Virus record (IMG/VR): IMGVR_UViG_3300005856_000023
Coordinates: 1 to 64,000 of that record
Reading direction: 5' to 3' (one strand)
Length of the DNA: 64,000 bases
DNA from: a virus
Part shown: one piece after another, positions 59,413-64,000 of the stretch
How the letters are laid out: each line of letters begins with the position of its first letter
Position numbering within the stretch: position 1 is the stretch's first letter
Made by a program: the position numbers and the translations under genes
Notes under the pieces: generated by a model
The model's database searches: none
Told to the model about the DNA's origin: nothing
What the model saw: the letters and a program-made list of their open reading frames with translations, nothing else

Positions 59413-60093
59413 TTATTGAGCAAAAGGTTTAAACCAAACAGTCCATATAACTTCTATTCTTTTCAAATCATATTTATAAACAGGAACAGGTAGTGTTGTG
59501 TAAGCTATCATCTTAGGAGTTTGATTATTTATTGACACTAACAAATCTAATTCAGTTATAGCTACGTATCTTCTATCACCACTTTTACAATATCCTGTAA
59601 ATGATGAATCTTGGATATCTATATTTGCTTCTGTGTAATCTATATCAAACAGTAATTGTATTCCTCCAATGGTAGCGGTATAGCTACCGCAATTACTTGA
59701 TTGTTCAACAAATCTTACTTTGCTTACAATTTTTAGATCTGAACTGCTAGTAATACGAATTATGTTATTGCGAGACGGATTATCTGATAAGTAACTTGTT
59801 GGTATAGTAAGAACAGGGTTATAAGAACAACTAGAGGAATTAAATCCTGTATGACCTAAACTCAAATACCAAACTAAATTATTCACATTATTTGTAGGGT
59901 TGTAACTAGAAAAGTCTGTTTCCTTTCCTGGCCAAGCACCAAATATTTGTTTGCCTAGTAACATAGATAGAAAGTAAGAGAATGATGGCAATGTTGCATT
60001 GGCTGTAACTATATAATCCATCAATTCATTCTCTTTATTATAGGTGTAAACATAAACTAAGTTTAATATCTCCGAATGATCTACTATTTTCAT
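59413..60093 (-). CDS. virion structural protein (tail-fibre attachment/collar-like)
   Basis: C-terminal ITELDL...IAYTT.P..K....VIWTVWF pattern; AGC-N12-ATG. Confidence 0.5.
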   Translation of the reverse strand: MKIVDHSEILNLVYVYTYNKENELMDYIVTANATLPSFSYFLSMLLGKQIFGAWPGKETDFSSYNPTNNVNNLVWYLSLGHTGFNSSSCSYNPVLTIPTSYLSDNPSRNNIIRITSSSDLKIVSKVRFVEQSSNCGSYTATIGGIQLLFDIDYTEANIDIQDSSFTGYCKSGDRRYVAITELDLLVSINNQTPKMIAYTTLPVPVYKYDLKRIEVIWTVWFKPFAQ

Positions 60094-60106
60094 TGTTTAA
60101 ACGATG

Positions 60107-60649
60107 CTAGCGTAATTCAATAATTGTCTTTTGTTTGTTGTGCTTATCATAAACTACTTTTAATAGTTTTATGGGTTCAGCTTTCATAGTTATTAGTAAT
60201 TGTTTTAGCATATCGGGATTTATTTTCCAACCTTTAATTTCATTAGATAATATACCTCCAAACTTCAATCCTTCAACAACACCTTCTGAACAAAAGTATC
60301 CACCATTACTAGTAAACACAGGTATCACAAAACCAATAACACCAAGCCAATTATATGGCACATTATTCGTTGCAAGATAGTTATAAAATCTCATAGCATA
60401 ATCATATTCCTGATCACTAACACTTAATTTATATACTTCTACAATAGTATCATCAGAATGATCAAGCAATGTAAAATAATTCCAATATATTCTGCATAAA
60501 CTACCATTTGGATAGACTTCAATAGTTTTGTAGGGATACTCCAATTCCAATATTATACCTGCATGACTAATATCTGATCTTGTCCAAAATTCTATTAGTC
60601 TGGAAAATAGAGATCTACCCTTAAAGAGACCGATGTATATGTCTTGCAT
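60107..60649 (-). CDS. permuted NlpC/P60 papain-like enzyme (YiiX/YaeF-like)
   Basis: SHAGI precedes PYNW and YFCSE (His before Cys). Confidence 0.8.
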   Translation of the reverse strand: MQDIYIGLFKGRSLFSRLIEFWTRSDISHAGIILELEYPYKTIEVYPNGSLCRIYWNYFTLLDHSDDTIVEVYKLSVSDQEYDYAMRFYNYLATNNVPYNWLGVIGFVIPVFTSNGGYFCSEGVVEGLKFGGILSNEIKGWKINPDMLKQLLITMKAEPIKLLKVVYDKHNKQKTIIELR

Positions 60650-60739
60650 TTATAGTATACGCTCACAAAATAAAATCTAAACATCACTGATAAGTTATCG
60701 TTAGCTTACATAACTTAAAAGCAATCTAAATTTTTTTCT

Positions 60740-61264
60740 ATGAAATGTTTGTTACAAGACGAGAAATTAACGTTTATATTTAGACACTATTATGTTTCAT
60801 GTTATAATTATAGTTATAGTAATTATCAAGCCAATGGAATATTATCTTTCGCTGCCATGGATTTATCTTTTAAAATTATAAAGGAACAAAAAAGAAAATC
60901 TATTATTTTAAAAAAGAGGAAACCGATCATACATTTATTAAATTACATTGATATACTCAATTTCAATCTCAATAGTAATAAATTTGACATTACCTTTTTC
61001 TCAATAAATAACTACAAAATAAAATTAGTATATAACTTGTATTTATACCGAAGAAGACCCTTTAAGGACTTTGCTTATAAAGATAGCCTAAAAGTTATTG
61101 AACGCGAAAACCTATGTGTCATTAGATTTGAAGATGATTTTGCTAGTAGAGTACAGCCAAAGAATGTAAATTTATCCGCTATGGTAATGCATATACTTGA
61201 GAAGGAAAAGAGTTATGAGATAGATGTAGGTAGTATAATATTTTATTGTGTACTTCTAATGTGA
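60740..61264 (+). CDS. tandem paralog 1 (unknown function)
   Basis: 174 aa; CTAAATTT-N6-ATG. Confidence 0.85.
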   Translation: MKCLLQDEKLTFIFRHYYVSCYNYSYSNYQANGILSFAAMDLSFKIIKEQKRKSIILKKRKPIIHLLNYIDILNFNLNSNKFDITFFSINNYKIKLVYNLYLYRRRPFKDFAYKDSLKVIERENLCVIRFEDDFASRVQPKNVNLSAMVMHILEKEKSYEIDVGSIIFYCVLLM

Positions 61265-61326
61265 TAAACATTACTGATATGTTATCGTTAGCTTACATAA
61301 CTTAAAAACAATCTAAATTTTTTTCT

Positions 61327-61845
61327 ATGAAATGTTTGTTACACGACGAGAAATTAACCTTTGTATTTAAACACTATTATATTTCATATTATAATTGTGG
61401 TTTTAGGAATTATCAAATCAATGGAGTATTATCTTTTGCTATCATGGATTTAGCTTTTAAAATTATAAAGGAGCAAAAAAGAAAATCTATTACTTTAAAA
61501 AAGAGAAAACCAATTATACATTTGTTAAATTATATTGATATACTCAATTTCAATCTCAATAGTAACAAATTTGGCATTGACTTTATCTCAGAAAATAACT
61601 ACAAAACAGAATTAGCACGTAACTTGTATTTATACCGAACAAGACCCTTTAAGGACTTTGCTAAAGATAGCCTAGAAGTTATTGAATACGAAAACTTATG
61701 TGTCATTAGATTTACATATGATTATGCTAGTAGAATACAGCCAAAGAATGTAAATTTAGCTGCTATGGTAATACATATACTTGAGAAGGAAGAGAGTAAG
61801 ATAGATGTAGGTAGTATAATATTTTATTGTGTACTTCTAATGTGA
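61327..61845 (+). CDS. tandem paralog 2
   Basis: 172 aa; CTAAATTT-N6-ATG. Confidence 0.85.
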   Translation: MKCLLHDEKLTFVFKHYYISYYNCGFRNYQINGVLSFAIMDLAFKIIKEQKRKSITLKKRKPIIHLLNYIDILNFNLNSNKFGIDFISENNYKTELARNLYLYRTRPFKDFAKDSLEVIEYENLCVIRFTYDYASRIQPKNVNLAAMVIHILEKEESKIDVGSIIFYCVLLM

Positions 61846-61907
61846 TAAGCATTTCTGATATGTTATCGTTAGCTTACGTAGCTTAAAAACAATCTAAATT
61901 TTTTTCT

Positions 61908-62432
61908 ATGAAATGTTTGTTACACGACGAGAAATTAACCTTTGAATTTAGAAACAATTATGTTTCATGTGATAATTATACTTATAGTAATTATCAAGCC
62001 AATGGAATATTATCTTTTGCTGTCATGGATTTACTTATTAAAATTATAAAGGAACAAAAAAGAAAATCTATTGTTTTAAAAAAGAGGAAACCGATCATAC
62101 ATTTATTAAATTACGTTGATATACTCAATTTCAATCTCAATAGTAACAAAGTTGACATTACCCTTTTCTCAAAAAATAACTACAAAACAAAATTAGTATA
62201 TAACTTGTATTTATACCGAACAAGACCCTTTAAGGACTTTGTTTATAAAGATAGTCTAAAAGTTATTGAACGTGAAAACTTATGCATCATTAGATTTGAA
62301 TATGATTATACTACTATAGTACAGCTAAAGAATGTAAATTTAGCCGCTATGGTAATGCATATACTTGAGAAGAAAAAGAGTCGTGTGATAGATGAAAGTG
62401 GTATAATATTTTATTGTGTATTTCTAATGTGA
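61908..62432 (+). CDS. tandem paralog 3
   Basis: 174 aa; CTAAATTT-N6-ATG. Confidence 0.85.
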   Translation: MKCLLHDEKLTFEFRNNYVSCDNYTYSNYQANGILSFAVMDLLIKIIKEQKRKSIVLKKRKPIIHLLNYVDILNFNLNSNKVDITLFSKNNYKTKLVYNLYLYRTRPFKDFVYKDSLKVIERENLCIIRFEYDYTTIVQLKNVNLAAMVMHILEKKKSRVIDESGIIFYCVFLM

Positions 62433-62493
62433 TAAACATCACTGATAAGTTGTCGTTAGCTTACGTAGCTTAAAACAATCTAAATTTTTTTTT

Positions 62494-63012
62494 ATGAAAT
62501 GTTTGTTATACGACTATAAATTAACCTTTACATTTAGAAACGATCATGTTACATTTTGTATTCATGTTTATGGTGATTATCAAGCCAATGAAATATTATC
62601 TTTTGCTGTCATAGATTTATTTATTAAAATTATAAAGCAACAAAAAAGAAAACTTATTATTTTAAAAAAGAGAAAACCGATCTTACATTTGTTAAATTAC
62701 ATTGATATGCTCAATTTCATTAGTAATGAATTTAACATTACCTTTTTCTCAAAAAATAAATACAAAGCAGAATTATTATATAACTTGTATTCATACCGAA
62801 CAAAACCCTTTAAGGACTTTGGTCGTAAAAATGGTCTAAAAGTTATTGAAAACGAAAACTTTTGTGTCATTAGATTTGAATATGATTATGTTAATATAGT
62901 AAAGCCAAAGAATGTAGATTTAGCCGCTATGGTAATGCATATACTTAAGAAGGAAGAGAGTGATGAGATAGATGTAAGTAGTATAATATTTTATTGTGTA
63001 CTTCTAATGTGA
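62494..63012 (+). CDS. tandem paralog 4
   Basis: 172 aa; CTAAATTT-N6-ATG. Confidence 0.85.
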   Translation: MKCLLYDYKLTFTFRNDHVTFCIHVYGDYQANEILSFAVIDLFIKIIKQQKRKLIILKKRKPILHLLNYIDMLNFISNEFNITFFSKNKYKAELLYNLYSYRTKPFKDFGRKNGLKVIENENFCVIRFEYDYVNIVKPKNVDLAAMVMHILKKEESDEIDVSSIIFYCVLLM

Positions 63013-63057
63013 TAAGCATTTTTTTATACGTTTTACAATCTGTCTAAATTTAGTGAT

Positions 63058-63786
63058 ATGATTATAATCCCTTTTAGAAAGAACATTTCCGTTATCAATT
63101 TAATTCCATCACCAAAATATGGTTCTGCAATATTGTTTTATATTATTCCATTAAACAAAGAATTGAGTAGTATAACTGAAAGACAGTACGAAGAAAAAAT
63201 CGTCGATTCGGTTAATGCAAAAATAAGAGAATTCAGGCCAATAAATTTCATCGGAGCAAATATAATCAAGAAACCGATAAGAGATGTGTTCATTGAATTA
63301 GCTGAATTCATGAATAAAGAAGCAGGAACATTTGAACTACCAATTACAATTAAAAACATTATGTTTAAAATGATTAAAAGTGGAAACACATTCACTATAA
63401 TAACAACAGATAAAGATGGTAATGTAAAAGATTTTACTGATCAGATAGTTGTTGACACATCAGTAATTGTCAATAAAATAAATCAGTTGCTAGCAAATCT
63501 TGATAGTGATCAATCAAATAACAATATGTCAGCAAATCAATTGGATACAATTATAAAATTGTTGGAAAGGTTAAACTTAACTATGGAAAAGATAAACAAT
63601 AATCTAGAAAAGATTTTAGCTAATAAGGAAACAATTGGATATGAGATTGCGAAAGAGACATCACCTATTGAACTTGTTACAAATGTAGAGAAAGATAATC
63701 AAAAAGATATTGCTCAAGATGATATTAGTTTATTCCAAGATCAATTAGATTTACAAAACATTAGTGTTAATGATCTACTATCATAA
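63058..63786 (+). CDS. hypothetical protein with a coiled-coil and an acidic tail
   Basis: 242 aa; CTAAATTT-N6-ATG. Confidence 0.7.
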   Translation: MIIIPFRKNISVINLIPSPKYGSAILFYIIPLNKELSSITERQYEEKIVDSVNAKIREFRPINFIGANIIKKPIRDVFIELAEFMNKEAGTFELPITIKNIMFKMIKSGNTFTIITTDKDGNVKDFTDQIVVDTSVIVNKINQLLANLDSDQSNNNMSANQLDTIIKLLERLNLTMEKINNNLEKILANKETIGYEIAKETSPIELVTNVEKDNQKDIAQDDISLFQDQLDLQNISVNDLLS

Positions 63787-63827
63787 TTTTTTTATAGAAT
63801 GTTAGCTGTTATGACAGCACTTTGAGA

Positions 63828-64000
63828 ATGCTTAAGAGATTAAGATTACACGATGATAAGATTATTGCTCACAGATACTATCAGAATTACTATGAGCTAT
63901 TACTCTCTTACTTACCCTATGTTAAAAGAGTATTTGCAAGACTTTATATGCCTTACATACAAGCAGCATCTTCTAACAGAGCCTATTTAAATCTTAATTT
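63828..64000 (+). CDS. 5' part of a hypothetical protein running off the window
   Basis: AGC-N9-ATG; MLKRLRLHDDKIIAHRYYQ... open to the window edge. Confidence 0.55.
   Translation, partial: MLKRLRLHDDKIIAHRYYQNYYELLLSYLPYVKRVFARLYMPYIQAASSNRAYLNLN

Larger units (their letters stand above)
60678..63021 (+). repeat. four head-to-tail 580-587 bp units, each an upstream element plus a gene
   Basis: Units start at 60678, 61265, 61846 and 62433, with a short remnant at 63013. Confidence 0.95.

Noticed and set aside
60678-63021. CRISPR array or diversity-generating retroelement
   Set aside because: The units are whole genes of ~585 bp; no reverse transcriptase or cas gene is seen and the differences are not adenine-specific
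1-64000. Alternative genetic code, tRNA/rRNA genes, chimallin or PhuZ tubulin
   Set aside because: Conserved genes are intact under the standard code with all three stops used; no cloverleaf, rRNA or tubulin signature was recognised, though a divergent shell protein among the hypotheticals cannot be excluded by eye
1-64000. Archaeal virus or eukaryotic giant virus
   Set aside because: Peptidoglycan hydrolases, a contractile tail and bacterial-type beta/beta' motifs indicate a bacteriophage

Overview
An AT-rich, densely coding 64 kb segment of a jumbo myovirus genome. It encodes its own split multisubunit RNA polymerase pieces (beta-N, beta-C, beta'-N, beta'-C), a PolB lacking its exonuclease half, a DnaB-like helicase, TOPRIM and AEP primases, a RecA/UvsX, a 5'-3' flap nuclease, a SNF2 helicase, a resolvase, NrdB, FolE and QueD, a T4-type capsid, neck, sheath, tube and baseplate set, and peptidoglycan hydrolases (so the host is bacterial, possibly a thermophile). 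The main signals beyond the gene list are as follows. (1) Almost every gene is preceded at fixed distance by one of two motifs, generally without a Shine-Dalgarno: CTAAATTT-N6/7-ATG for replication and metabolic genes, and AGC-N9-12-ATG for virion genes. Several divergent pairs share one tiny bidirectional element, and genes end in bare oligo-T tracts, suggesting a two-tier leaderless transcription programme. (2) The beta'-N subunit stops 44 aa after the catalytic DFDGD with a tail resembling the N-half of a split intein. (3) There is a four-copy, mosaic tandem gene array. (4) There are two tiny IS200/IS605-type end-only elements and two pseudogenes missed by the ORF track. All calls come from manual motif recognition; no searches were run. 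Many starts were moved to the motif-linked ATG.
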